From Candidatus Poribacteria bacterium (GTDB lineage Bacteria > Poribacteria > WGA-4E > WGA-3G): 64,000 bases of DNA. The DNA is taken from contig OZ240248.1 in the NCBI GenBank assembly GCA_965198235.1, forward strand, positions 4,352,001-4,416,000. Reading direction: 5' to 3'. The position numbers and the translations under genes were made by a program. The notes under the pieces are model-generated. The model was not told the DNA's origin, did no database searches, and saw only the letters and a list, made by a program, of their open reading frames with translations. This document shows, piece after piece, positions 28,243-37,862 of the stretch (position 1 is the stretch's first letter; every line of letters starts with the position of its first letter).

Positions 28243-29475
28243 TTAAGCCAAGGCAACAGGGACTTTCAAACGAAAGCCCAAGGGCGGTGTCATTTTCATG
28301 GGTGTGCCCATGTCCGCCACTACAGGGTCGCCGAGGTGACCGAGATACTTTTGTCTTATATTTATAGCACCTACGCCGTCGCGATGATACTGAAAACCGC
28401 AGTTGCAGGTATAGTTTCGGTTGTTTGGTTTCTTTCGGTTGCCACACTTCGGGCAGGTTTGAGAGGTATACGCCTCATCTATGACCTCTACCTTGATACC
28501 GAGGGATACCTTTGCCTTGTAGGTAATCAAGTCCGTGATTTTACCGAAAGCCCACTGGTGGAGTTTTTGGTTCGTGCGTTTACCGTAGTCAATGTTTTCT
28601 CGGATACCCGTAAGGTCTCCAAGAATGATTCTGCCGATACCTATAGTTTGGCAATACTTCAGAAACTTTGTGGTATGCTTATGGAGTGCGTCTTTGATTT
28701 GGTCGTCAATCTTTTTGATACGCTTCCACTTTCTACGTGTGAGTTTCCACCAGCGTTTAGAATGGCGTTTACACCTACTGATAGCATGACTGAATTCAGC
28801 AAGCACTTTATTCCGCAGTCGGTATAGCGAGCGGATATACCGTCCATTGAAAATACGTGTATCTGCTCCGTCATGACTGACAATCGGGTGGATTTCGCCA
28901 ATATCAACGCCTATGATACCGCCACCTGTTTCAGTGGGTTTGGTTTCATATCTATAGGAGAAATGGAGCGTCCATTGACCGTGGTTATAGCATAAATCAA
29001 TCGTTGCGATATGTTCTGCTTTAGACATATCAAAGTTTTTCGGCAAAGGGATCCGTAGTTTCGGTCTACCTTTTCCCATGGAAAGTTCAACACACTTTTC
29101 TGCAAAGGTAATAGCAGATTTTAGCCAGCGTGTCGTCATGTAGTTTTTTTGCTTGTTTGGAGGTTTCGGATTCCGAATGCCACCCCTCTTTTTCAACGCA
29201 GAATAGGATGCCCAAGATTTGAAGTAGTGTTTCCGAATCGCTTGAATACTTTGCGAATGGAGCGGTTGTTTTTTACTCAGCTGTTTATCCACCCACCCCT
29301 CACAATCACCCCCGAAATAGAAGTGGTCGTGAGCATGTGGATAGCCACGATGCCATTGAAACATAGTCATTTGATACTTACACTCATTCCAAACGGAGGC
29401 AGACGCAGCGTTGATTTCAGAGTATATCGGTTGTGGCACTATTTTGAGTATCTCGGTTCTGTGAAACTTTGGCAT
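28243..29475 (-). CDS. tnpB: TnpB RNA-guided endonuclease
   Basis: RuvC-I GVDIG, RuvC-II region ILGDL, DEAYTSQTCPKC...C.C zinc finger, RuvC-III HRD. Confidence 0.93.
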   Translation of the reverse strand: MPKFHRTEILKIVPQPIYSEINAASASVWNECKYQMTMFQWHRGYPHAHDHFYFGGDCEGWVDKQLSKKQPLHSQSIQAIRKHYFKSWASYSALKKRGGIRNPKPPNKQKNYMTTRWLKSAITFAEKCVELSMGKGRPKLRIPLPKNFDMSKAEHIATIDLCYNHGQWTLHFSYRYETKPTETGGGIIGVDIGEIHPIVSHDGADTRIFNGRYIRSLYRLRNKVLAEFSHAISRCKRHSKRWWKLTRRKWKRIKKIDDQIKDALHKHTTKFLKYCQTIGIGRIILGDLTGIRENIDYGKRTNQKLHQWAFGKITDLITYKAKVSLGIKVEVIDEAYTSQTCPKCGNRKKPNNRNYTCNCGFQYHRDGVGAINIRQKYLGHLGDPVVADMGTPMKMTPPLGFRLKVPVALA

Positions 29476-29889
29476 TTAGACACCTTTTTGGTTCTCAATA
29501 TACTGCTTTAGAACTTCAAGGGTAACATTTCCTGCACTCGCTACAAACTTTGAACGCGTCCACAGACAAGGTAAACGACGCTTAAGTATTGGAAACTCAT
29601 TGCGTAGTATTTTTGCTGTGTAACCTTTGATTTTTCCAATTACACTTGTAACTGAAATGTCGGGGGGAATACTCGCAAGCAAATGAATGTGATCAGGCAT
29701 ACTTTCAACTTCTCTGACAACATAGTGATATGCCTCTTGTTGTTCAAGAATTAATGCTTTGAGTCTTGCTTGGATTTCTGGTGATAGAACAGAACGACGA
29801 TACTTCGTGCACCAAATCATGTGATACTCACAAGCATATAGACTTGTTTCTGTGGAAATATATTTGTGGTCATTGTTAGTAATATTCAT
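29476..29889 (-). CDS. tnpA: Y1 HUH transposase TnpA
   Basis: YHMIWCTKYRR, DHIHLL (HUH), KGYTAK, YIENQ; the stop abuts the tnpB ATG. Confidence 0.95.
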   Translation of the reverse strand: MNITNNDHKYISTETSLYACEYHMIWCTKYRRSVLSPEIQARLKALILEQQEAYHYVVREVESMPDHIHLLASIPPDISVTSVIGKIKGYTAKILRNEFPILKRRLPCLWTRSKFVASAGNVTLEVLKQYIENQKGV

Positions 29890-29896
29890 ACTATTA

Positions 29897-29925
29897 ATTA
29901 TATCACAAAGATTAGTTGTTGTCAA
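29897..29925 (-). promoter_or_regulatory. Consensus sigma70 promoter of tnpA (leaderless layout)
   Basis: TTGACA-17-TATAAT with extended TG; ATG 7 nt downstream, no SD. Confidence 0.8.
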
Positions 29926-30133
29926 GTCAATTTGTAAAATATATTAGTTTTTGATATGTCAACCGATTAGCCGCTACTACATCCCAAACCTAAAGGATTG
30001 GGTTTTGTAGCGGAAGGTTTGATAATGATAAAACGCGCTACAGGAAGTGAAACCCAGAGCGCGTTTGAATTGAACCACTAATTCCAGATAATACCAATGA
30101 CAAGCGATTATTAGTACCTCTACTTGTAAGAAA

Positions 30134-30397
30134 CTATTTTCTTTTTTTCGGTACCGTGATAGTTTCAACGATGGCTGCTGACTTCCCGAGTTCAGCTTCT
30201 TTACGAGTTATAAATCTGCCTGTCCGAGCATCACGACCCACCTTAAAAGTAGTCCCCTGCTGCTTCCTCTTGTTTGAAGATGTTGCTTTTCTAGCACCTT
30301 CCTCACCGTAAACAACCTTTTCTACTATACGTTTAACTTGGCTTTTGGTGAGTTTCCCTCGTTTGGGAGTGTCCTTGACAATTCTTCCTCTTGCCAT
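30134..30397 (-). CDS. Small basic hypothetical protein (GRDAxTGxFI motif)
   Basis: AAGGAGG RBS; C-terminal VGRDARTGRFITRKEAE...VETI motif. Confidence 0.7.
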   Translation of the reverse strand: MARGRIVKDTPKRGKLTKSQVKRIVEKVVYGEEGARKATSSNKRKQQGTTFKVGRDARTGRFITRKEAELGKSAAIVETITVPKKRK

Positions 30398-30420
30398 TCT
30401 AAGTACCTCCTTGAACCATA

Positions 30421-31050
30421 TTACGATAATTGATCTGCCTTAGCTCTCAACCATTGCGTAACCATAGAAGTATAATCGTTGAATATCAACTCTTCAACTA
30501 TTAGTCGTCCCTCTCTCGCCATTTGAGGCAATTTTTCCATAAACTCTTGATAACGCTCCCAAATGATGCCCCCACTTGGAATTGTTTCACGTCTCGATGT
30601 GTTGCGGAGCCAATTTCGGACGTGCATTATAACTTCCCTAGAACTGTTGTTATGTGCTTGAATATCCTGACCGGCAATATCAGAAATAAATTGCTGATAC
30701 CGATACCGTTCGGTATCCAGTATCAGACACTTTTTCCTTTTTTGCTCTTCTATACCGAATTTCTTTGCGCCGAGAAAAATTCCCAATTCTAACGGCATAT
30801 TAAACCGAGGAAGATTCGAATCCCTGTCTAATTCCGTTCTGGATATATCATGAATTCCATAACGGCAGTTCGCAATTATGTTATAAATCTTATCAATCCG
30901 AACTTGACTTGCATCGTCCTCTTCAAGCGCACAACGCGGGATAAAACCGCAATCGTGTACTGCGAATATCATTGCATCAAATAATGGCTTGTAAGCTGAG
31001 TCAAATGGACAATTGATAAAAACATTGTCATTATAGTGAATTAATTGCAT
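30421..31050 (-). CDS. Hypothetical protein, putative TIR/nucleoside-deoxyribosyltransferase-like fold
   Basis: VFINCPF, I..I..C.YGIHDIS, NMPLELG, SDIAG pattern. Confidence 0.6.
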   Translation of the reverse strand: MQLIHYNDNVFINCPFDSAYKPLFDAMIFAVHDCGFIPRCALEEDDASQVRIDKIYNIIANCRYGIHDISRTELDRDSNLPRFNMPLELGIFLGAKKFGIEEQKRKKCLILDTERYRYQQFISDIAGQDIQAHNNSSREVIMHVRNWLRNTSRRETIPSGGIIWERYQEFMEKLPQMAREGRLIVEELIFNDYTSMVTQWLRAKADQLS

Positions 31051-31252
31051 TAACCCCTACACCGGTTTCACTTGTGCTACAGATCTTCCAGCCGAATGGA
31101 TCTTTTAGGTCAGTAGAACACACAAAAGAACTAACCTCTACTGTTAATTTTATAATTTCAGTATAACATACACATCATGAAGAATCCAATCTTTTTACAA
31201 GGCTTTGATTTAGAAGAAACCGTCGGGCTATAAACATAACGCTCCAACAGGA

Positions 31253-34213
31253 CTAAGAAATATCCAGCTTAACCTTCGACTTCTTTCCACCGTGAATACT
31301 CGGCTCCTGACATAGTATTTTGCGAAGCAGTGCCAGCCCTTCATGCACATCGGGACGTTCTGACTCCGTGATGTCAAGTACCTCCGATAACAACAATCGA
31401 TCGAGTTCATGACGGACCCGATCAGTGTCCATCTGATTAAATGGTAGCATCTTTTGATGTTTTAGCGAGTTGAAAATCCGCTCAGCATTGGCGAGTGCCT
31501 CATTAGAGAACTTACGTACATCCAATGTAGGCATCGCGTTAAAAGTGGCCCGACTTAAGACTCCTCTCCCTTGCTGCTGCTTCCCACTCTGATACCAATG
31601 ACAAAGCAAGCCAAACGTTGAATTGCACCACAACGTCCAGGCGTATTCGTGAATTTTGTTATCAAAGAAGACATTCGGAAGTTTATTTACGCCGATAGCA
31701 TCTTGCCCCGTAAACATTACCGTCAATGAATTCGCATTAAACTGCAATTCTACATTGTAATGTACCCGTCCGTTTAGCATCATGATTCTTTGAACTTTTT
31801 CAGTGGAATTCGGACGAGGGTGTGCGTGGGCATTTGGCGGAACAAGCATTGCCCGCTGAGTATCCGAATCCGAATCTAAATGCCAGAGGCAGGGATATAT
31901 TGCGGTGTCAGGGCATTTTTCTTCGACATCAAACGCGCCTCTGCCACCGCCACCTCTTATATCTTTGGTTCCAATTCCCAGCGTCACAATTTCTGAAACC
32001 GGACGCATAGGGAGTTGAATATCTTCGTTCTGTCTGGGGATGCGCATTACCCCATTCGCGAGATGGTGCACAGACTGAAGGACACTCATGTCTTTAACAC
32101 GGGACAAAGGCCATCCTGCATCGCTTTGAATAATAGGCGCGGAGATCAGATGTCCAATGACTTCATCCCCTATTTGGAGTCGCTCGCCACCGCTAAGCGT
32201 ATCATCATCCAACTGGCGAATATTTTTGAATCCGCGGAACTCTTTCGCGATTTCCAATGCCTCTAATTCTCCATGCGGACATCGCTTGAGGCAAACAAAC
32301 GTACCGTGTTCTGTATTTTTGCGTTTACCTTTTTTCGCAACAACGAGACACTCTGCCATGCCGGTATCTGCCGAGAAAGCACATTCTTCAATATCTTCAT
32401 GTGCGATAGTGATAACAAGGACATTGTGATATTCCTCTGCCCACATCCTTCGCACCTTTTGCCAGCTACTACCGGTAATTGCCGTGACAGGCAGGACGAA
32501 AGCCATTGTGCCGTTGCGTTTCAGCATCCTATCTGCGAGATCAACAAAGTCGGGACCCTCTCCAGGGTTATTGCCTGAAAGCCGACGCCCTTGCGCCTTT
32601 CGCGCTGCTCGCATTGCTGCGGCTTCCTTCTTGTCGGCGAAAATACTCTTGGGGACGTTTGAATTCCCATCAGCACCACTCCGCGTATAGGGTGGATTTT
32701 GGACAACGATGTCGAATTCGCCATGTCTGAACGCATCGCGGAGGCTGGTAGTTTCTGGACCTTGCCCAGTGGCAGTCTCCGTTGCGCCGAGGTCCAACGG
32801 GAGCGTCCCCGATGGATCGCTGAGTAGGTTGAGTGCTCCGATGGCGTAAAGTCCGTCAGCGCGCTGCGTGCCATAGGGCATTGTGTGGATACGTGTGCCA
32901 CCGATACGAACGTCAGGATATGTGCTTGCAATGATGGAGGCTGTCAGGTGTACCGCGTTCGGTAGGATGTCACACCCGATGAGATTATTCTCCATCATGT
33001 ACTGATGGATGGCTTCTCCCTTACCACCTGTCTGCTCGTAGAGCATGAGAAGCCGTTGGTAAACGCCGTTGAGGAGTGAGCCGGTGCCACAGGCAAAATC
33101 TGCTATTTTCAGTTTCTTTGGATCCCCGTTGAATTCCGGTAATGCGAGTGCACAGAGGAGTGCCGAGGATTCGGGACGGGTATAGTTCGCCTTGAGGATT
33201 TTCCGATTGTCGATGAGCTTCTGGAACACGATGCCCGCGAGCTCATGTTCTTGTGCAAGTCCCATTTTCTCCAATTCGCGGGCGGTATCGCGTAGTACAC
33301 TCAAAATCTCACCAACGAGTTTATCATCAGCGGCGAGCGTCTCGACGAGATTGTAGGCGACGTTGAAAATCGGGGCATAGTTAACCTTTTGGATTTCCCG
33401 CCATGCGCGGAGGACCTCGTCTGAATCGAGTTGCCCGTAATCGGCGGTGAATTCGCTGAGCGACGGGACGGCTTCCAAATCTGGCTTGCGGGCAAGGGAA
33501 CTTTGGAACACCAACGCGTTGCTGATAATCAGCATTGCCATCTGTGTCGTCTGTTCGCCGGGTTCCTGAACGAGGAGCTCGCCTATCCTTTTGCCGATAT
33601 GTGGTCGGTGTTGAATTGCGTTGTTCACAATAACAGCAGCGCGATGGATGCCGTTTTCCAATACCTCGGCGGCTCGCTCAATTTTGGTGATAGGGGTTGC
33701 CCCAATGCGGATAGCGGTTGCGATGTCGGCGATGCTGCCTTCAAGCCATCCTTTTTTGGGAAATCTGTGCGGTTCATCAATGTTGAGGAGGGCATACGCG
33801 AAATCATTTGATGCCTCTAAATTCTCGCGGATTTCGTCGCGAGACATCGTGCGGAATCTGTATGGAAGGCGGATTGCTATTGCACTGGCAATTGTTTCGC
33901 CTGTCGTGCGGAGGGTTTTTCCCAAGTAATGTTCGCGTGCCTGCTTTTCACCGGTTTCATTGGCACCCCGCTTGTAGTCGATCTTTACCTCAACCGCCAT
34001 CGGATACCGTTCAACTGTCCGGATAATTACATCAGGTTTTCTTTGATTTTCGACGAGTGGTTTCGTTGTTTGCTCGTCAATGTTCCATGTGGCACTCATC
34101 GGCATCAGGATTTCGACGAATAGGGTGGTGATGGTGTCTTCGCTGTTAGTGTGTTGTCGGTTCATGCAATTTCCTTGGCTTCGGTTAGGACATCGATTCT
34201 GGTTTATTATCAT
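31253..34213 (-). CDS. Type IIG restriction-modification fusion (nuclease + N6-adenine MTase + TRD)
   Basis: N-terminal KPDVII...VEVK (PD-(D/E)xK), motif I DFACGTG, motif IV NPPY; the real start may be ATG 34165. Confidence 0.85.
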   Translation of the reverse strand: MIINQNRCPNRSQGNCMNRQHTNSEDTITTLFVEILMPMSATWNIDEQTTKPLVENQRKPDVIIRTVERYPMAVEVKIDYKRGANETGEKQAREHYLGKTLRTTGETIASAIAIRLPYRFRTMSRDEIRENLEASNDFAYALLNIDEPHRFPKKGWLEGSIADIATAIRIGATPITKIERAAEVLENGIHRAAVIVNNAIQHRPHIGKRIGELLVQEPGEQTTQMAMLIISNALVFQSSLARKPDLEAVPSLSEFTADYGQLDSDEVLRAWREIQKVNYAPIFNVAYNLVETLAADDKLVGEILSVLRDTARELEKMGLAQEHELAGIVFQKLIDNRKILKANYTRPESSALLCALALPEFNGDPKKLKIADFACGTGSLLNGVYQRLLMLYEQTGGKGEAIHQYMMENNLIGCDILPNAVHLTASIIASTYPDVRIGGTRIHTMPYGTQRADGLYAIGALNLLSDPSGTLPLDLGATETATGQGPETTSLRDAFRHGEFDIVVQNPPYTRSGADGNSNVPKSIFADKKEAAAMRAARKAQGRRLSGNNPGEGPDFVDLADRMLKRNGTMAFVLPVTAITGSSWQKVRRMWAEEYHNVLVITIAHEDIEECAFSADTGMAECLVVAKKGKRKNTEHGTFVCLKRCPHGELEALEIAKEFRGFKNIRQLDDDTLSGGERLQIGDEVIGHLISAPIIQSDAGWPLSRVKDMSVLQSVHHLANGVMRIPRQNEDIQLPMRPVSEIVTLGIGTKDIRGGGGRGAFDVEEKCPDTAIYPCLWHLDSDSDTQRAMLVPPNAHAHPRPNSTEKVQRIMMLNGRVHYNVELQFNANSLTVMFTGQDAIGVNKLPNVFFDNKIHEYAWTLWCNSTFGLLCHWYQSGKQQQGRGVLSRATFNAMPTLDVRKFSNEALANAERIFNSLKHQKMLPFNQMDTDRVRHELDRLLLSEVLDITESERPDVHEGLALLRKILCQEPSIHGGKKSKVKLDIS

Positions 34214-34260
34214 TATAGCATGTTTAGTAAGCAGATGTCAATTGAATTGGTAGCGTCAAT

Positions 34261-34370
34261 GAACATGTCGCCCCGCTGGGGCTTTGAAGAGAGGGGATAA
34301 CGTTTTTCTACAGACATGTCGCCCCTACGGGGCTAAAGCGTGTGGAGGTGCGCGTTTCTATAAACATGCT
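34261..34370. repeat. REP-like cluster (ACATGTCGCCCC...GGGGC)
   Basis: Two full hairpin units plus a partial CTATAAACAT unit. Confidence 0.7.
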
Positions 34371-34565
34371 GAAGAAATATCCAAGCAAAATCCCTATAAG
34401 GCTAAAGAGGAGAGGAATACATTTCTGATTAGTATTGTGATAGTCAAATATACAAAGCAAAGACAAGACAAGTTCGGAAACCTCACCAGCGGCGGTGAGA
34501 TATCGTATCCTATTGTGTTCACATATTTTTCGGTTTACTATAACACTTGCATGCCGTAATTGAAT

Positions 34566-35821
34566 TCAAGCGGAAGGGGTTTCTTGTATTACAGGAATGA
34601 CATAACTCCGAATCTGCACACCATCCACGACTTCCGTCTGGATGTGCTGTTCTGGATTCCTGCGATGATCGAAGACGACGTAGTACCCCTCGCTGACCTC
34701 TTCCGTTTTGAGATAAGCAGCGAGTTGTTTCGTTCCAATCCGTTCACGGTTGGTGTGAACGCCTCCATGATACAATGCAGATAAATCGGGTTGATAATTT
34801 CACACGTTCCATCTATCCCTTTGACAATAACCCCATAAGTGGCAAGTTCGTTGATGAGCGGATCGCGTGGATTGAAGCGTACCCCTTCCTCATACGACAT
34901 GATGTCCATGAGGAGGGTTTCAAAGCGGCGATCCCTGCGGATATTTGTCACGAGGTGCGTCAGGTTGGTATTATCTTCGCCAAGCAGTTGTTCGTATGCT
35001 TTTGCAAAGTGCGCCATCGTAATTGTCTCAATTTTGGGAAGGTCCAGTTCCTCGGTGAGAATTTGCGCGGTGCGGTTGACAAGAAAGGGTTGCCCGGCGG
35101 TCTGTTTGTGTATAGACTTCACGACTTCCGGGACGAAGGCTTGTCCAACTTCTTCCGTATACTGTCCAAAGAGTTCGCTTACCTGCTTAAGTGTGAAATT
35201 GGGCAAGTGAAGCTCATCTTGGATGTTAAAGGGCGAGATGGATCGGTCATAGTCAAGCTGCGTTATGCTTTTGACCCCGACGATACCGACACTGTGCGGG
35301 CATAGCAACATATCAGACAGGTAGATATGGCGAAGTGCATACAGAAAATCGCTCACAAGGGCTTGCGGAATGCCATCAAACTCATCAATGAGGAGGACGA
35401 CCCGTTGAGCCCCAAGTAAATTCCCAAGTCGTTCAAAGAACGTTACCATTGAAAAAGCATCCGTCAGCTGTGTGCTCTCTAAAAATTGCGCTAACGCCGT
35501 AGAAGGAACCTCGCCGCGTTCTTGGAAAACAAACTGGATCTGCCAACACATCATTTGGTAAAGCCTTGCGTAAAAAGTGGCAGCAGAAGTGTTACGCTGT
35601 ATTTGAAAATCCAGTTGAATCGGAAAGTAGGTTGGATCTTCGGCTGTGAGCATAGCGAGTGCCCATCGAAAGAAGGTCGTCTTTCCAGTTTGGCGCGGCG
35701 CGAAAAGAACGATGTACCGTCCCTCTTTGATGCGGTTGATGAAATCTTTAACCTCTGCTGTGCGTGCGACAACATAGTGCTGGTCGGGTTGCACAGTGCC
35801 TCGGGTTCCAAATGTTCTCAT
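34566..35821 (-). pseudogene. AAA-like ATPase with a frameshifted/deleted C-terminal domain
   Basis: Walker A APRQTGKTT and Walker B LLIDEFD; after NGLE the protein-like tail (KQLAAYLKTEEVSEGYYVVFDHR) is in a different frame. Confidence 0.7.
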
Positions 35822-35980
35822 CTCTTTTTCCTTCCGGTTAAAGTGCTTGCCTGTTCATTGTCAGAATTTAAGTCCATAAGCACTCGACGGACGAAAAGCA
35901 TGTGTGGTTTTTCCAAAGAGCTCCCTACTTTTGCGCAAGTCTTAATTGATTGTGTCATATCTCCCCGAAATTATCCATAG

Positions 35981-36811
35981 TTACCACATCACCGTGCCAC
36001 CGGTGTTGATGTCTTGTCCCGTCATGTTCGCCGAGTCCTCTGACGCGAGGAAAACGGCTAACGCAGCAGCATCCTCAGATCCGGAGCCTTTATCGCTGTA
36101 GCCCTCATCCGAACACCACCTTCCGGCGATAACGCTTTTGGGGTTCGTCCGTCCGTAGCGTTCCCGTAATGCGTCTTCATCGAAGTCTTTGTTCATGTAT
36201 TCCGCTCTACCCCGTGCGAGCTCAAGACTTCTCTCCATGTGCCCACCCGGACAGATGGCGTTGACGTTGATATTGTAACGCCCGACATCTGCAGCGAGTG
36301 TGCGCGTGAAGCCGATGACCCCCATCTTCGAGGTCGCATAAGGTGCTCTGTGCGAAAGTGGCTGTTTACCCGTTCCGGAACTGAAGTTTATAATTTTTCC
36401 GTATTTCTTGCGAATCATCTCCGGTAAGACGGCTTTAGAACAGATAAACAACGAATCGAGGTTGACCTCAAGTGTGCGTCTCCATTCTTCCAAAGTCATG
36501 TCCCAGACATCCTTCGTGGGTCCCGCAATGCCGACGACGTTGGCGAGTATATCAACGGTGCCGAATTGTTCGATGGTCGCCGCGACCATCTCATCGACGG
36601 GTGCCTCTCGTGAAACATCGGTCTCAAAACAGATCACGTCTCCACCAGCGGCTCTAATTTCCGAACCCACCTTTGCTTCTAATTCTTCCACCGGGAGAAC
36701 ATCACAAATAGAGAGCGCGGCTCCCTCTTTGGCGAAACGTCTTGCGACTGCCTCGGCATGCCCTCTACCGGCACCCGTTACGATTGCGACTTTACCTTCT
36801 AATCTTCCCAT
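35981..36811 (-). CDS. SDR-family oxidoreductase
   Basis: TGAGRG, YATSK, NVNAICPG. Confidence 0.92.
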   Translation of the reverse strand: MGRLEGKVAIVTGAGRGHAEAVARRFAKEGAALSICDVLPVEELEAKVGSEIRAAGGDVICFETDVSREAPVDEMVAATIEQFGTVDILANVVGIAGPTKDVWDMTLEEWRRTLEVNLDSLFICSKAVLPEMIRKKYGKIINFSSGTGKQPLSHRAPYATSKMGVIGFTRTLAADVGRYNINVNAICPGGHMERSLELARGRAEYMNKDFDEDALRERYGRTNPKSVIAGRWCSDEGYSDKGSGSEDAAALAVFLASEDSANMTGQDINTGGTVMW

Positions 36812-36844
36812 GAAAAATCTTCCCTTTCCGAATGAAAATAGATT

Positions 36845-36966
36845 AGGACTTACGCAATGCGCAATGAATTGCGCTACTACGAACCATATCTCTTTTCAGA
36901 AAAAACGCCCTGGCAAGGTCCATCTGTTGGTAGTGAGGCGATTTATCGCCTCTGTGCGTAAGTCCT
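36845..36966. mobile_element. MITE-like element with 12-bp terminal inverted repeats
   Basis: AGGACTTACGCA (36845-36856) and TGCGTAAGTCCT (36955-36966), with internal hairpins; non-coding. Confidence 0.65.
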
Positions 36967-37031
36967 GTAGATGTAGTGGGTTAAGATCATAGCAGAAGAA
37001 GTTGTGGGTGTCAATCGAAATTAGATTGGGA

Positions 37032-37141
37032 GTCGCGACCAGGAGATCGCTCCTACAAGAATAGCGATTAGCGGTCAGTGGTCAGAAGAATAGCAGTCAG
37101 CAATCAGCAGTCAGCAGTCGGGATTCGGAGATCCCTCCTAC
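37032..37141. repeat. Two GTAG-type REPs flanking an AGC(A/G)(G/A)TC heptamer array
   Basis: GTCGCGACCAGGAGATCGCTCCTAC, then agcggtc/agtggtc/agcagtc/agcaatc units, then GTCGGGATTCGGAGATCCCTCCTAC. Confidence 0.75.
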
Positions 37142-37152
37142 AGAAGAGGAAA

Positions 37153-37181
37153 TTGACAAATTTTGGTGCGTGGTATACACT
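37153..37181 (+). promoter_or_regulatory. sigma70 promoter of coaE (leaderless layout)
   Basis: TTGACA-17-TACACT; ATG 7 nt downstream, no SD. Confidence 0.65.
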
Positions 37182-37188
37182 CAATAGT

Positions 37189-37839
37189 ATGGAAACAGCA
37201 ACAACACACCGCACACGCGGCACCATCGTCGGGATTACAGGCGGGATTGCTTGCGGAAAGACGACCGTCTCGGATCTGCTTGCAGAAAAAGGCGCGATTC
37301 CGATTAATGCCGACGAAATCGGACACCAACTTCTCAAGGCAAACAGCCCTGTCATTGACGAACTCATTGCTGCGTTTGGACAGGACATTCTCGAAGAATC
37401 TGGGGATGTCAGCAGGAAAAAATTGGGGGCAATTGTTTTCAACGACAAAACCGCTCGGGAACAATTGAACAGCATCCTGCATCCGTTGATTATCGAACGC
37501 TCACGGGGACACGCACGTCAACTCGTCATGGAAGACCCGACGTGCATCGTGCTACTCGACGCGCCGCTTCTCATCGAAGCGGGTGCTTATGACACCGTTG
37601 ATCTGATTGTTGTCGTGACGGCACCATCGGAAACGCAGTTGCGACGCACACTGGAACGCAGCGTAGCGCAGGGAAGACCGCTTACCGAAACCGAGGTCCG
37701 ATCGCGGATTGATGCACAGATGCCGGTTACGGAGAAAGTTAAGTATGCGGATGTTGTCATAGAAAACGACGGGACGCTTGAAGCACTTCACAAACAGGTG
37801 GATGAACTTTGGGAGAAACTTCAGAAGCGTGATGAGTAA
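37189..37839 (+). CDS. coaE: Dephospho-CoA kinase
   Basis: GITGGIACGKTT, DAPLLIE, RIDAQM, ADVVIEN. Confidence 0.95.
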   Translation: METATTHRTRGTIVGITGGIACGKTTVSDLLAEKGAIPINADEIGHQLLKANSPVIDELIAAFGQDILEESGDVSRKKLGAIVFNDKTAREQLNSILHPLIIERSRGHARQLVMEDPTCIVLLDAPLLIEAGAYDTVDLIVVVTAPSETQLRRTLERSVAQGRPLTETEVRSRIDAQMPVTEKVKYADVVIENDGTLEALHKQVDELWEKLQKRDE

Positions 37840-37862
37840 AGAGTCGCGATACAGACATCATC

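Larger units (their letters stand above)
28180..30021 (-). mobile_element. IS200/IS605-family element (tnpA + tnpB)
   Basis: Similar subterminal hairpins CCCAA.CCTAAAGGATTGGG at ~28189-28208 and ~29983-30002; on the minus strand the left end follows TTAT (30022-30025) and the right end ends ...GGGAGTATGTCA. Confidence 0.9.

Noticed and set aside
28237-29511. Long antisense ORFs over tnpB
   Set aside because: Shadow frames of the tnpB gene with no recognisable motifs.
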